A stretch of DNA of 64,000 bases from Nitrosopumilus sp. (GCA_965223425.1 CBDCWS010000001.1:40572-104571), one strand, 5' to 3'; positions 42,453 through 53,505 are shown, numbered from the stretch's first letter. A program made the numbers and translations. The notes: a model not told the origin generated them from the sequence alone.

Positions 42453-42725
42453 TCATTTAGCGATCGGCGGTTTATTGTAAATGGTAAACAAAGCATTTAA
42501 CGCCTCGCCAAGTAAGACTTGGATTGATTTCCCAGTCTCTAATTTCAGAACAAGCAATTGATGATGTGTGTCTTTGTCAAAATGACCACTCACGAGCTTC
42601 TTATCGCGTCTTGCATCTGATTGCTGACTTTTGGGTGCCGGCTTGGATTCTATAGATGCTGGATCAGTGGTAGACGACTCATCCTTTTCAAGGAGATCCT
42701 TAAGGTTGTTTTTCAGTTGATTCAT
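42453..42725 (-). CDS. Small RHH/ParG-like partition partner
   Basis: KKLVSGHFD..H.QL..L...GKSIQ.LLGEALN; directly after parA. Confidence 0.7.
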   Translation of the reverse strand: MNQLKNNLKDLLEKDESSTTDPASIESKPAPKSQQSDARRDKKLVSGHFDKDTHHQLLVLKLETGKSIQVLLGEALNALFTIYNKPPIAK

Positions 42726-42727
42726 GA

Positions 42728-43348
42728 CTATATCTCCATTCGGTTTGCGACGTATTTATAGAGGGTTCGAATCTCGTCGCTGGCTTTGCTGTTAGGGTCT
42801 AACTCTTGGACTGTTTTACCGTCGATAAACACGTGGGAGAATAGGATACGTTGACCGAGCGTACAAGGGGCACAGTCTGTATCATAAATCTCAACAGCAC
42901 GCCTCGCCTGCAAGAGCATAGAAGTCCTAGCGGGCACTGCGTTGAATATCACACTCGACGGTACAGACGCAAAGTTAGTGATTTGGACTGTTGATCCGAC
43001 GGATTGCAAGTCAAGGATGGCAGGCTTGCAAGGGATGAGTGCGAAGGATGCGGATCTAGCAGCATCAAGTGCAGCGGATTCAGTATGTGGAGCAGTGTCA
43101 AGGATCGCTAAAGTCGCACCACTCTGCTCCGCTGTATGTAATATGTCCGGTAAGCGCGAGGAGTGGGCAGAGATCACGACGGGTGAGTCGGCATCTCGGG
43201 TATCACCCCATTTAGCAGCACTCGCCTGTGGATCAAGATCAATAATAGTAGTAGTATGACCGGCTTGCTCCGCAGCAACAGCGAGGTGAACAGCAAGTGT
43301 GGTCTTCCCAGTTCCACCTTTTCGACTCAAGATGGCTAAAGTCTTCAT
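42728..43348 (-). CDS. parA: Short ParA/ParF-type partition ATPase
   Basis: Deviant Walker A KGGTGKTT, IDLDPQAS, ILDTAP; no N-terminal HTH. Confidence 0.9.
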   Translation of the reverse strand: MKTLAILSRKGGTGKTTLAVHLAVAAEQAGHTTTIIDLDPQASAAKWGDTRDADSPVVISAHSSRLPDILHTAEQSGATLAILDTAPHTESAALDAARSASFALIPCKPAILDLQSVGSTVQITNFASVPSSVIFNAVPARTSMLLQARRAVEIYDTDCAPCTLGQRILFSHVFIDGKTVQELDPNSKASDEIRTLYKYVANRMEI

Positions 43349-43365
43349 ATTTACCTCCAAGTCTA

Positions 43366-43506
43366 TACTCGTATGAAATCATACCCGTATAAGTTCATAC
43401 ATGTATAAGTTTATATGTGTATGAAATCATACCCGTATAAAACCATAAGAGTATATATCCATACGTGTATAATTTTATACACGTATGGATATATACGCAG
43501 TTATAG
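43366..43506. repeat. Centromere/operator-like repeat array upstream of parA
   Basis: GTATGAAATCATACCCGTATAA x2, many GTAT/ATAC words, and a 22-bp perfect inverted repeat at 43451-43496. Confidence 0.7.
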
Positions 43507-43831
43507 AGATAAACGTTTCATAGAGTGCCACAAAGCATTCCCTATTTTTTACCTAACAACATACAACTCGGTTCCAGCCGATAGCCAACTACTAAAACAG
43601 GACTCCGTTCTGACATATCTCCAAACACCGACATCGAAAACCCTTGTAGTTGATAGTAGATTTGATTGAAGGCAGCGGGATTGACAATCATCACGATAAC
43701 CTTCTGATCCCGGACGGCTATTGTTCAAATCTGAGATGCTTATGCTCTCTGCTCCGAAAAACCTTGAACTTCAGTGGTATATAGTGTATAATGTGCTAAA
43801 ATCCAATGTCCCTACTACACGGAGATTTCAG

Positions 43832-44161
43832 ATGAAAAGACCCAAACTTGTTGTTGGACACCTAATGAACGACCAATTACTCGTCAAATCTGTCACTACA
43901 CCGAAACACTCTGATTGGCTCAAGTGGTTAGAAATTGAAGAACTTGTTGAGTTTTTCGGGGAACTCCTCAAACTCATGACACAAATTTCGGAAGGAAAAA
44001 AGGATGCGACGATGCTTTCGGCCTTCCTTGCCGATTGGCGTGAAACCGCCATGATTAATTCAGAGCCCGAAGTCTTAGCGGATATTGTTGAGGCAGAACA
44101 GGAATTGGACGCTGGCGGTGGAAAACCGTGGCCACAGATCAAGAAGGAGATCGGTCTGTGA
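43832..44161 (+). CDS. Antitoxin
   Basis: Acidic, ends AEQELDAGGGKPWPQIKKEIGL; overlaps the toxin start (GTGA). Confidence 0.75.
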   Translation: MKRPKLVVGHLMNDQLLVKSVTTPKHSDWLKWLEIEELVEFFGELLKLMTQISEGKKDATMLSAFLADWRETAMINSEPEVLADIVEAEQELDAGGGKPWPQIKKEIGL

Positions 44162-44439
44162 ATCAGCGGCGATACACGCTTGAGCCACTTCCGAGGAAAG
44201 TCGAAAATTTTATCAAACGGCGAGATCAGACAACACAAGAACGCATTAATGCCGCTTTTGAATACATCACCTACTCTCCCTTTCATCACGAAAATCCTAC
44301 AACAATCAGACAACTCCGGGCAAGGAAAAGAGACCGCTATCGTTATCGGATAGGGAATATACGTTTCATTTACCGAGTTGATAGAGACAATCAACGAATC
44401 CGCATTGTTCAAATTGATAATCGTGGTGATATTTATTAA
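44158..44439 (+). CDS. relE: RelE/ParE-family toxin
   Basis: YRYRIGNIRFIYRVD...IVQIDNRGDIY. Confidence 0.85.
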   Translation: MNQRRYTLEPLPRKVENFIKRRDQTTQERINAAFEYITYSPFHHENPTTIRQLRARKRDRYRYRIGNIRFIYRVDRDNQRIRIVQIDNRGDIY

Positions 44440-44755
44440 CCATGGTCTACACAGATTTGGTAGTTCCTCTTTGAACCCACATGAACTAACAGGAAAATGC
44501 CAATACTAACGTTCACAAAACACGCCAATACCTCAATGACTCGGACTTTGAAAAGATGAACAAGTTGCGAAAGAGAAAGTTGGATCGGATGCTCAGAAAG
44601 AGGAAGCGAAGATGCGTATTGACGCTGAGATCGAAGCTGTGAAGGCGCAAGTTGAGAGTGAGAGGATAGCGTGCGTTAGATTCAGGAGTTTGATGGAGTC
44701 CAGTCATCTGGAGACTCGTATATAGAGTGAGGCAGTCTAAATAGGAAGGGGTATT

Positions 44756-45031
44756 ATGAAGTCTATACCAGAACGCCAATTCTTCAAAGAGCAGCTCGTT
44801 GAAGTACTTGACGAAACAGTTGAACCAATAAGTGACGGTGTTGTTGAGGGTGAAATCGAGTGGGGCCGAACAGGGAACTTTGGTAGTTTTACAGTGTTAA
44901 TTGACGCCGAGGGTAAAATTGACATAGCTGTATCTGATTACCGAGAATCAGACTCTGTTTTGAGAGAGGATATTACCGTCGAGCAAGCCCTGCGGGAAGC
45001 GAGAGATTTCAAGTCTAATCGCAGCGTATAA
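44756..45031 (+). CDS. Hypothetical acidic protein
   Basis: 91-aa ORF with upstream GGAAGGGG. Confidence 0.5.
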   Translation: MKSIPERQFFKEQLVEVLDETVEPISDGVVEGEIEWGRTGNFGSFTVLIDAEGKIDIAVSDYRESDSVLREDITVEQALREARDFKSNRSV

Positions 45032-45287
45032 TTTCGGATATGAATCCAAAAAACGAGAAAACCTAAGAACTCAGTGAATATAGGTGTTCATTTCTCGAAG
45101 GGAACATTTTACAGCATATGTTAAGTTCGGTGAATGCGTGGGATCCAGCCAAACTTCCAGTCGAATCGTCTCTCTGGCAGTCGATTTCTTTCCGACCGGT
45201 AAAGCCTTGCAGTTATGCACACAATTGGATGTTAGCACTGCCCAATTGAAGTCACACTGAGCTGCTAACTCACCGTAGGTAATCGTT

Positions 45288-48200
45288 TTAATCAATTAAA
45301 GCATTCAGAGCATCAAAAGCTTTTTGAAATCGTTCAAAATCCGAATCAGACAATTGATTCTCAAGGTTACCGACATTTTTGCTAAAATATAGAGCGGGCG
45401 GCAGATGTGTGAATTTTCTATTGTTTGGCATAGGATTGTTCTCAAAGTGTTCTTTGAGACGTTGTGAAATACAGGGATGCCCCACTTTAATATCTGTTAT
45501 TCTTAAAGATGTCCCAAATTCGTCATTTAACAAACTTAAATAGAAGTCCGGTTCAAACATATCTTCAATATCTGCCTCTTTGTTATTTGCAAAATTAGCG
45601 AAAGTTAGAACTTGACTTTTGTCCAGTGGCGATTCACCATTGTAAAAATTCTTAATTTTTTGCTTATCTCTTGTACTGCCATCGGAAATTCGGGCCACTC
45701 TCTAAGACAAGATTGTGGTATAATATCCATCTACTTGAAAGGAGTATCCGATGGCGAAACGCAAACGAAGAAACTTCACTCCTGAGTTTAAAGCATCAGT
45801 TGTTCTTGAGGCTCTCAGTGGTGAAAGTTCCCAAGCAGAATTGTGTCGTCGACACAACCTCAGCGATGAACAACTCTCGAAGTGGAAGCGACAGCTCCTT
45901 GAAAATGCGGCGAGTCTCTTTGAACCCGCTGATAAGCAGTCTGATGCCTCTGCCGAGCGCATTGCGCACCTTGAGCAACTCGTTGGTAGGTTAACCGTGG
46001 CCCTGGACATCGAAAAAAAAGCCTCGACTTGGTTGAGCTAAGCTCAAGGGAGCAACGAGAAATGGTTGAGGCGTTACAGGCAGATTATTCCGTGCGACAG
46101 ATCTCTGAGACACTGGGGTTCACCCGAAGCAATCTCTATTATCACCCGAAAAGCGACCCGTGTGAAGAAGTCCTCCGGGAGGAAATAGAGCAGTTAGCAC
46201 TACGCTACCCGAAGTATGGTTATAGGCGTATCACAGCGTTGCTACTGCGTCTGGGATACCCCGTTGGGTATAGACGCGTCGCCCGATTGATGAAATCTGC
46301 GAACTTGTCGGTTGCTGTCAAACGGGTTTGCTGCCAAACCACGAACTCCATTGATGATGTGCGTCCGTGGGTGAATCGTCTTCAGACCCTTGAAGTCTCC
46401 CGATGTGATCACGTCTGGGTGGGCGATATTACCTACGTCCGTCTCAAAGGACACTTCATCTATGTTTCTCTGCTCATGGATGTCTTCACTCGTATAATCA
46501 GAGGGTGGCAGATCAGCCAGCACTTGACGCAATCTCTGACGTTGAAACCCTTAGAGGCGGCATTACGTCAAAGTGTCCCAGAGATCCATCATTCGGATCA
46601 AGGCGTTCAATATCTTTCAAATGCCTACATCTCATTGCTCAGGCATCATGACATTGAGATTTCCGTAGCCCGCCGCGGGTGTCCTTGGGAGAACGGATAT
46701 GCTGAAAGACTTATCCGCACCCTCAAGGAGGAAGAAGTTCACCTCAATGACTATGAGGACATCCACGAAGCGAGAGCCCGCATCGGGCATTTTATCACAC
46801 AGGTGTATCATCAGAAACGCCCTCACTCGGCGTTAGGGTATTTGACACCTGTCGAATTTGAGCGAAAAAACTTGTCTTAACTTTGCTTATTTTTTGGTCT
46901 GAATTACCGTTGGCACTTCACTCTGTTTCTATAGTCAACTAGAACAGCAACATTTAAATCTGAATTAGCACTAATCAATGAAACAAAGGTTGGTACTTTA
47001 TCAATACCACCTACTGGGATAATAGACCATCTGGGATTAAGCCCTTTTTCCCCACGCTTAATCAGAAGATCAGACATAATCTGTATGTAAATTTGGTCTG
47101 ATGATCCTTCTACTAACAGATTATTCGGGTTAATAAAAAGAGATTGTGAAACATCATAACCTAATGCTGCTTGAATTGGGAATAAACTGCCTTCACCAAC
47201 TTCAAATACTTGATTATCGACCTTAGTTCCTGATTCTTCATAATTTAAACTGCCACTTCCTATATTCAGGCTTAAATTTTCAACGATTCTTACCTCCTGA
47301 AAATTATTTTTACGATTCATCATGAATGGTGAATGGGTTGTGTAAATAATCTGAAAATTTTGTGAAGCAATTTTCCTAAAATAATTAACTAAATCCTCTT
47401 GTGCTTTCGCATGCAAAGATAATCCTGGTTCATCTAATAGTAATACAATACCTTTATTACCACGTATATTTTCCCTAAACTGCAACAAGAAAGAGAAAAA
47501 CCAAATAAATCCAGCAGACTCTGTGCTAAAATGTTTCTCAGTACCTGATTTCTTATCTTGCAATAGTATCCAAAGATTCAAGCCACTATCCATACCTCCA
47601 GGATCACCTGAATCACCCTCTTGGATGTAGAATCTCATATTGTAATTACTGTGTTGGGTCCAAAAATTGAGTATACTGTCTGCAATAATTTCTAGATTAG
47701 ATTGAGTTTGATCAAATTTATATCTACGATTCATTGAACCTCTTGTATTTATCAATACATCAGGTGATGCGCCAGCCGATCGGAGAGCATCTAAAATCAG
47801 TTTATCTGATTCATTTGGGTTCCGTTGCCGGGTTGAAAGAGTATTCAGATTTATACTACCTGTCATTTGAGGATAATTATTCAGATAAATAAAAGTTGGC
47901 AACTGATTTTTCAAAACATTATTAAAAATGACGGTTGGCAAAGTATTTGTAGTAATACTTAAAAGTATCTCTCTATATTTTTGAGGGAGTTTAGGAGGTT
48001 CTTCCCCGAAAATAGAATTCACTAGATGATTTGCCATTTCTACATTATCTTGTATATCAGAAGGAACATCTACTTTTGACCCCTTGATAACATTTTCCAA
48101 AATAGTACTAATATCAATGTCTAAATCACTTACCTCTAGAAGATTACCGTTATACCCAATTTTTACCGCCATTGTTTGTTTATTACCCTGTAAACATTCA

Positions 48201-48484
48201 CATGTTGTGAATTTATGCACGAGTTCAATATCTTCTGAATCAAGGGTATAAAAGGCATGTACAACTTGGTTTTCAATTTCAGGTCGATGTACATAATCCA
48301 GTGGGCGTACATCATCTACACCAGAATACACTCCATCTATTGGATTTAAGTTATAAAGTGCTTTTAGTATAGCAGTCTTACCAGATTGATTTTTACCCAC
48401 TAAACAGGTAACATCATCTATATCAAACTCGCCAGAATCATGAATGCACAGAAAATTTGTAATACGCACTTTAATAAGTTTCAT
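45288..48484 (-). pseudogene. OLD-family-like ABC ATPase + TOPRIM nuclease (647 aa when restored), split by IS3
   Basis: GKNQSGKT, LLLDEPG, YTTHSP, LLVEGSSD, IPVGG..VLVD; the frame VDYRNR-DKQKIK is restored on IS removal; visibly AT-rich. Confidence 0.85.
45672..46920 (+). mobile_element. IS3-family element with a 4-bp TSD (CTCT); orfA 45751-46041 and orfB to 46880, A-run -1 frameshift site
   Basis: TG..CA imperfect IRs; CTCT at 45668-45671 and 46921-46924; WVGDITY, HHSDQG, WENGYAE. Confidence 0.95.
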
Positions 48485-48563
48485 AACCTGTTCCTATTGT
48501 TTTGTTGTTTTCGACCATTACTAACGGGTTTCTGAACGTAACATATCGCCGTAAACGTTACTT

Positions 48564-48788
48564 TCACCCTTCAACTGAGGCATGGCGGGAGGTGTCTTCA
48601 GACACCTCACTCTCTACGAGATACCAGACACTCTTAGAACCAAAACGACCACCGCCATATTTTTTTCTTTCACTCGGTGTCATCCCGGATATATCCTTAA
48701 TAAGCAAGATGAGACAGAAGCCCGTGAGAATAACCAAACCGATAGATTTCAAAACTTCCACTTCGCATCTCCTTTTTAAAAATACCAT
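48564..48788 (-). CDS. Small membrane protein
   Basis: One TM segment; GGAG RBS inside the 5' end, so the true start may be a GTG a few codons downstream. Confidence 0.4.
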   Translation of the reverse strand: MVFLKRRCEVEVLKSIGLVILTGFCLILLIKDISGMTPSERKKYGGGRFGSKSVWYLVESEVSEDTSRHASVEG

Positions 48789-48816
48789 GGAAATGCCAAA
48801 AACTTGACATTTCCAT

Positions 48817-49242
48817 TCATGGATGTAAATGTTCAATGTATTGCTTTTTGCCAGTTTTTGGATGTATGGCGTAGGTATGTTTATGTACCCAGTCACCCGT
48901 GGCATTTCGTCTCCATCCATAAGAAGTTTTACCGCCTATGGGGGGACGCCGCATATAGGGGTGGGTATGATCTCCCCAGTAATTATTCACAGGTAGGTGA
49001 GAGTGGGTTACCGTTTCTTCTCCTTTCACGCTACGGTGAGTGTGGGTTTTTCCAATATCTCGTTGCACATCATAATCGTAAGAGAATCCCACATGTGTAT
49101 GCGATGACGGATTCCAGTATTGGTAGTCGGGTTCGGGTTTTGGTGTTGGTTTATGTTTTCTCTTGCAGAGATACCAACTCACCAAAGAACTACATGCAAT
49201 GATCAGCACACCCCCAATTATGAAAACGACGACTTTAGACAT
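48817..49242 (-). CDS. Membrane-anchored His-rich (HxH repeat) protein
   Basis: GAGAGG RBS, N-terminal TM, six HxH motifs. Confidence 0.65.
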   Translation of the reverse strand: MSKVVVFIIGGVLIIACSSLVSWYLCKRKHKPTPKPEPDYQYWNPSSHTHVGFSYDYDVQRDIGKTHTHRSVKGEETVTHSHLPVNNYWGDHTHPYMRRPPIGGKTSYGWRRNATGDWVHKHTYAIHPKTGKKQYIEHLHP

Positions 49243-49536
49243 TTTAGAAATACCTCTCTCACTTGAAAAACGCCCGTAAATGCCCTGTAAGCCCCTTGAA
49301 GCGTTTCTCTGCTATCCTACCTTCCCTGATACCCAAACTCACGAAATTTGCGGGAAAACTTTTGAAACTCCCCGATGCTATGCAGATTCATCAAACAGTA
49401 AACGGCAGTTAGGACCCCCGATTTGAAATTGGGGGGTGTCGGGAGAATTTCCCCAGACTTCGGAGACCCTTCGACAGGCATCAATGCGCCGAGTGGGAAG
49501 CGGATCGCGGCAGTGCTGTATCCATTTGGGTGTGGA

Positions 49537-50160
49537 TCAAGAACTTTGCGAAGTTTCGCCTTCGTCTTTTATTGCATCGGGGGTCTGCTTTTTCGGTTTG
49601 TATTTCTCGCACTGTGCCAAACTTTTACCGGTGATAAAGGCAATATCCAAAGTGGAGTTGCCTTCATTATACAAGCGTTGAATTTCAGCGATGCCCTCGT
49701 CGCTGAGTTGAAATCGCTGCGCGCCGATCCCCATTTTTTTCTGCCGTTTTTTGATGACCTCACTCGGCAAGATGTTGGCAACTCTGGCAACGATGAGCGA
49801 GAAATAACGATGTAGCGAGGCAAGCGAAACGCCCGTCTCCACGTGAACATCTTCAAGACATGCGGTGAACCAGCGCGATGGATTCTTTTTGACCCATTGC
49901 CTGATCTTCTTCTGTTGCGTCTGTTGCGACGTGAGTCCCCTTTTTTCCTGCCGTTTTTTCTCAACCTCGCTCGGCAAGATGTTGGCAACTCTGGCAACGA
50001 TGAGTCGGTAATAGCGATACACCGAGACAAGCGAAACGTCCGTCTCCACGTGAATATCTTTGTAAGTTGCGGTAAACCAGCGCGATGGGTTGTTTTCAAC
50101 CCACGTCTTGATTTTGTTCTGTATTTCAGGGTCTTTCCACGGTTTTGGCATCAATTCCAT
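49537..50160 (-). CDS. Protein with two tandem ~70-aa HTH-like repeats plus a C-terminal HTH
   Basis: WV..NPSRWFTA...D.HVET.VSL.S..RY..LIVARVANILPSEV repeated; the DNA duplication is visible. Confidence 0.7.
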   Translation of the reverse strand: MELMPKPWKDPEIQNKIKTWVENNPSRWFTATYKDIHVETDVSLVSVYRYYRLIVARVANILPSEVEKKRQEKRGLTSQQTQQKKIRQWVKKNPSRWFTACLEDVHVETGVSLASLHRYFSLIVARVANILPSEVIKKRQKKMGIGAQRFQLSDEGIAEIQRLYNEGNSTLDIAFITGKSLAQCEKYKPKKQTPDAIKDEGETSQSS

Positions 50161-50202
50161 CTCCTCTCTTTTGTAAGCGTTGAAACGGTTGAGGCACTGT
50201 CA

Positions 50203-50547
50203 TCAGATATATTCGGCAACAATTGCGTTGGCACACTCTAAGAGAATGGAGAGCTGTTCTCGCTCGGTGAGTCCATCGTATTGGTTGATGAATGTCTCAA
50301 AGATCGCACACGAGAGATTATCCAGGACTTGTTGATGTTCAACTTGTCCAACAGTGTCCAAGAGCGCATCGAGTAAGCCCTTCAAAGTCGGTAGGTTCAG
50401 GTCATCGAGGGATGTGTCCTGTGGATCGTCATCTATAGCGTCATCGGTTGAAAGCAGGTGCTGGATCAAATCACTCTCAGGGATTGTGAGTCGCTCATAG
50501 ATGCTTTCTAAGGCTTTCGTCTCATCAACGATCTCTCTGTAACTCAA
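50203..50547 (-). CDS. Hypothetical acidic protein
   Basis: Coupled (GTGA overlap) to the upstream ParB-like gene. Confidence 0.55.
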   Translation of the reverse strand: MSYREIVDETKALESIYERLTIPESDLIQHLLSTDDAIDDDPQDTSLDDLNLPTLKGLLDALLDTVGQVEHQQVLDNLSCAIFETFINQYDGLTEREQLSILLECANAIVAEYI

Positions 50548-51779
50548 CCCGTGAAAGGTTTGCGCGAAAATATTATCGCGCAGCTCGAACAGCCGAAGCA
50601 GTTTTTTTGAAATGCATCCAAGCCAAGCACATCCGAGAGGTTTCGGTTTTCCAAGTAGAACTTAGAGATGTCCTTATGAAGTTGCCCATGCTTCTCCTGG
50701 ACGCGTTTCTGCGCCCTTGAACACACGTCATCGGCAATGGCTTTGATCTCGAGATCCGTGAGGTTGTATTGCGATCTCAGCGCACGATACTCCATATTAC
50801 CCTTGTTCAACTCGCCGTGCAAGTTAAAAAGTCTTTTCAGCTCCTGACGGCATCCGTCTGGATCGGGTTCGACTTCATTGACAGGTTGCTCTGTGTCGGG
50901 TGCTGCCTCGGATGGCTCGGAAACCTTCAGCACTTGACGGACACGTAAGACAAACGAGAAGGTGTCATTTTCCATCAATCTCAGCAATTGCTTGAGTTCC
51001 TTTGCCATTGCTCCGCCTTGCTCGTCAGAGAACATGCTTTGCCGCAACGCTGCAATGAGCATTGACGGACTCGCCTTGTCGATGTGATCGCTTTCATACT
51101 GACACCTTGCCTTGTCCCGTTTCTTCCATTGTGGGATTTCCGTCGAGACTTTTTCCCAAAGCCTTTTCAGGTCATCAGAGGCGTGAGGTATCCCGCTAAC
51201 CTGAAGGTTAGCGAGATCAACTTTTCGCCGCGGCTCCGCGGCGGGTTTCTTCAAGACTTCGGATGCCGTCTTTTCACCGCTGATCACGGCTTCAGACGCA
51301 CCGGCTTTCTCGACTTGAACCGCCGTAGAAATCGTTCGCTTAGAAACACCCGCTTCCTCAGCGAGTTCCGCCTGTGTTTTCAAGTCGCAATCTTGCAACT
51401 TGCTCTGCGTCCTATCACCACCATGCTCAAATCGCGCATTGAAAGATACAACGATCTGCGCACGCTGTGCCGCCGACAAATGCCGACGCTCGATATTCCG
51501 AGCCAGCACAAACGCTGCGGGATCGCCTTCTTCTTTCTCGTTCCATTGCCGAAACCGCAGTTTTCGGAGCAAGTTCAGCTGCTTCGCGGCACGATAGCGA
51601 TACCAGCCATCTAAGACCTCATCGCCAACGAGACGGATCACATCGTCAATGAAACCGTCTTTCTCAACGCTCACAAGCAGCGACGCGTAGTCGGGATCGG
51701 GCATATCCCCAAAGATTGCCGACAACTCATGACGTTGGAGTGTGTCGGAATCGGTGAACTTGCGATCCATTGAGATCAT
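50544..51779 (-). CDS. ParB-like N-terminal domain protein with HTH
   Basis: RHELSAIFGDM..VLDGWYRY..NIERRHLSAAQRA; TQAELAEEAGVSKRTI. Confidence 0.8.
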   Translation of the reverse strand: MISMDRKFTDSDTLQRHELSAIFGDMPDPDYASLLVSVEKDGFIDDVIRLVGDEVLDGWYRYRAAKQLNLLRKLRFRQWNEKEEGDPAAFVLARNIERRHLSAAQRAQIVVSFNARFEHGGDRTQSKLQDCDLKTQAELAEEAGVSKRTISTAVQVEKAGASEAVISGEKTASEVLKKPAAEPRRKVDLANLQVSGIPHASDDLKRLWEKVSTEIPQWKKRDKARCQYESDHIDKASPSMLIAALRQSMFSDEQGGAMAKELKQLLRLMENDTFSFVLRVRQVLKVSEPSEAAPDTEQPVNEVEPDPDGCRQELKRLFNLHGELNKGNMEYRALRSQYNLTDLEIKAIADDVCSRAQKRVQEKHGQLHKDISKFYLENRNLSDVLGLDAFQKNCFGCSSCAIIFSRKPFTG

Positions 51780-51796
51780 CGGTGGGACACAACACG

Positions 51797-52084
51797 TCAG
51801 GGGACGGTATCGGTGAGATCGCCTCCAATCGAGTCTTTATGGTATTCGTGGTAGTCCTGAATCTCGTAAGTCGCGTATCCATCTATGGTGACGCTATCGG
51901 CATTATGTGTCCTTTCATGGATAGGGATTTTAGATGCCATGATGCCCTCAAAGCGTGGCACTTCGCCCGCGTGGTATTTGCTGAACTTCTCAGCGAATTC
52001 ACGCCGTGCTGCGACGCTTGGAAAGCGAAGATTAATATAATGGTAATCGGAATGATATATCCGACCATAGCGATTTTTGGACAT
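51797..52084 (-). CDS. Hypothetical protein
   Basis: AAGGAG RBS before MSKNRY. Confidence 0.55.
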   Translation of the reverse strand: MSKNRYGRIYHSDYHYINLRFPSVAARREFAEKFSKYHAGEVPRFEGIMASKIPIHERTHNADSVTIDGYATYEIQDYHEYHKDSIGGDLTDTVP

Positions 52085-52219
52085 GAGATTTCTCCTTTCT
52101 CCCTGCCTAACGGTGTTGCGGGTAGAAGGGTCTTTGGAAAGTCCACACGGACTTTCTCCTTCCTTGCAACTTTGAGGTTGCGAGGACACCTCTCCATCGA
52201 CCCATTCGCCATTTGGCGA

Positions 52220-52909
52220 TCATACCTCTTTTTTAACCGTGTAGCCGAGTGCGATGACCTTCGCGACAAGTGCTTCGGCTTGAAATTGGTCAAGCGGGTC
52301 GCGTGGGTTATCTTCGGCATCAAGCGACATCGCTTCCACCGCGGCTTGTGCCGAGACATAGTTGACACCGATATAGGCTTGTGTCGTCGAGACGTTCTTG
52401 TGTCCGAGCAGCTCCTTGACCATATAGATGTCGTTACACTTGTCATAAAGCCGTTGTGCGAAGGTTTTCCGCATCGTGTGTGTCGCGAGTTTACCCGTGA
52501 GACCTGCGGCGCGAAACGCTGCGTCGAGTATTTTATGGATGGCGTGGCGTTTCACCGCTTTATCTGTGCCTTTGCGAGACGGAAATAACGGCATATCGGG
52601 ATGCAGGCTGCCAAAGTATGTGCATTGCCAAGCAATAATCTCCGCAATCGCCTTGCGGCCATCAGTGTTGACAGGGATCGTCCGACTGGTTTCACCGCCT
52701 TTGACGATCGACTTATCAAACTGAAAATCGCTCACGGGTTGACCGTTCTGGTAAACATCACTGACTTTGAGGGCAAGCAGTTCTGAAACCCGCCCGCCAA
52801 TCGACACACCGAGCATAAACAGACCACGATTCCGCTTCGCGTATGTACCCTGAAACGCATCACGGACTTTGCGGATCTCATCATTTGTTAGGGGTCTTGT
52901 TCCCTTCAT
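52220..52909 (-). CDS. Short tyrosine recombinase/resolvase (catalytic domain only), intact
   Basis: GGRVSE, IVKGG, THTMRK, LLGH, TQAYIG. Confidence 0.9.
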   Translation of the reverse strand: MKGTRPLTNDEIRKVRDAFQGTYAKRNRGLFMLGVSIGGRVSELLALKVSDVYQNGQPVSDFQFDKSIVKGGETSRTIPVNTDGRKAIAEIIAWQCTYFGSLHPDMPLFPSRKGTDKAVKRHAIHKILDAAFRAAGLTGKLATHTMRKTFAQRLYDKCNDIYMVKELLGHKNVSTTQAYIGVNYVSAQAAVEAMSLDAEDNPRDPLDQFQAEALVAKVIALGYTVKKEV

Positions 52910-53153
52910 TTGTCTTACCTCCGATCCCCGACTGAAATTGCAATAAACCTAATTGTTGCGTGCCAGCGGGGGTTTGAAAGAGTTCGGGTTGTATCGCAAC
53001 GCCCTCAGAGGCTGCAAACATGTCCGCAAGATTCTCAAATTCTTGGTATCCAGCGGGGAGTTGGGGCGAAAACAAGCGATAAATACCGTTGTCAATCTCG
53101 CCATCTGCGAGGGTGTTCCCCACAGTGTCCATCAGTTGAAATGGGGTTACCAT
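52881..53153 (-). CDS. Hypothetical protein
   Basis: AGGAG RBS; ORF track. Confidence 0.45.
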   Translation of the reverse strand: MVTPFQLMDTVGNTLADGEIDNGIYRLFSPQLPAGYQEFENLADMFAASEGVAIQPELFQTPAGTQQLGLLQFQSGIGGKTNEGNKTPNK

Positions 53154-53229
53154 AAACCATTCTCCTATTTGTCAAGCGTTAAGGCGTTGACGCCAACGCA
53201 TATCCAGCGGGATCGGTAAAATGTTGCCA

Positions 53230-53505
53230 TTAGTAGGGTATCTCGTGTTGGAACTCACCCGTAAGCGCGTCAAAGTATCCACTGGCTTTCGGGAGTTTTT
53301 TGGTAATTTGCGCGATAGCGTTGCCATCGCGCATGAGAAAAACTTTCGTGTGTTCAGGTATAAACCGGACATCTGCCACCCGCACATTGCCAACAAAAAC
53401 CGCAGGTCGCTCACAGGGGAATGCCCCTACATGTTCGCACTTGATTTCTGCGCCGGTGTAACGTTGTAGGTAGCGTTGGGCTACCTGTAATCTAATCGTC
53501 TTCAT
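53230..53505 (-). CDS. Hypothetical protein
   Basis: AAGGAG RBS. Confidence 0.55.
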   Translation of the reverse strand: MKTIRLQVAQRYLQRYTGAEIKCEHVGAFPCERPAVFVGNVRVADVRFIPEHTKVFLMRDGNAIAQITKKLPKASGYFDALTGEFQHEIPY

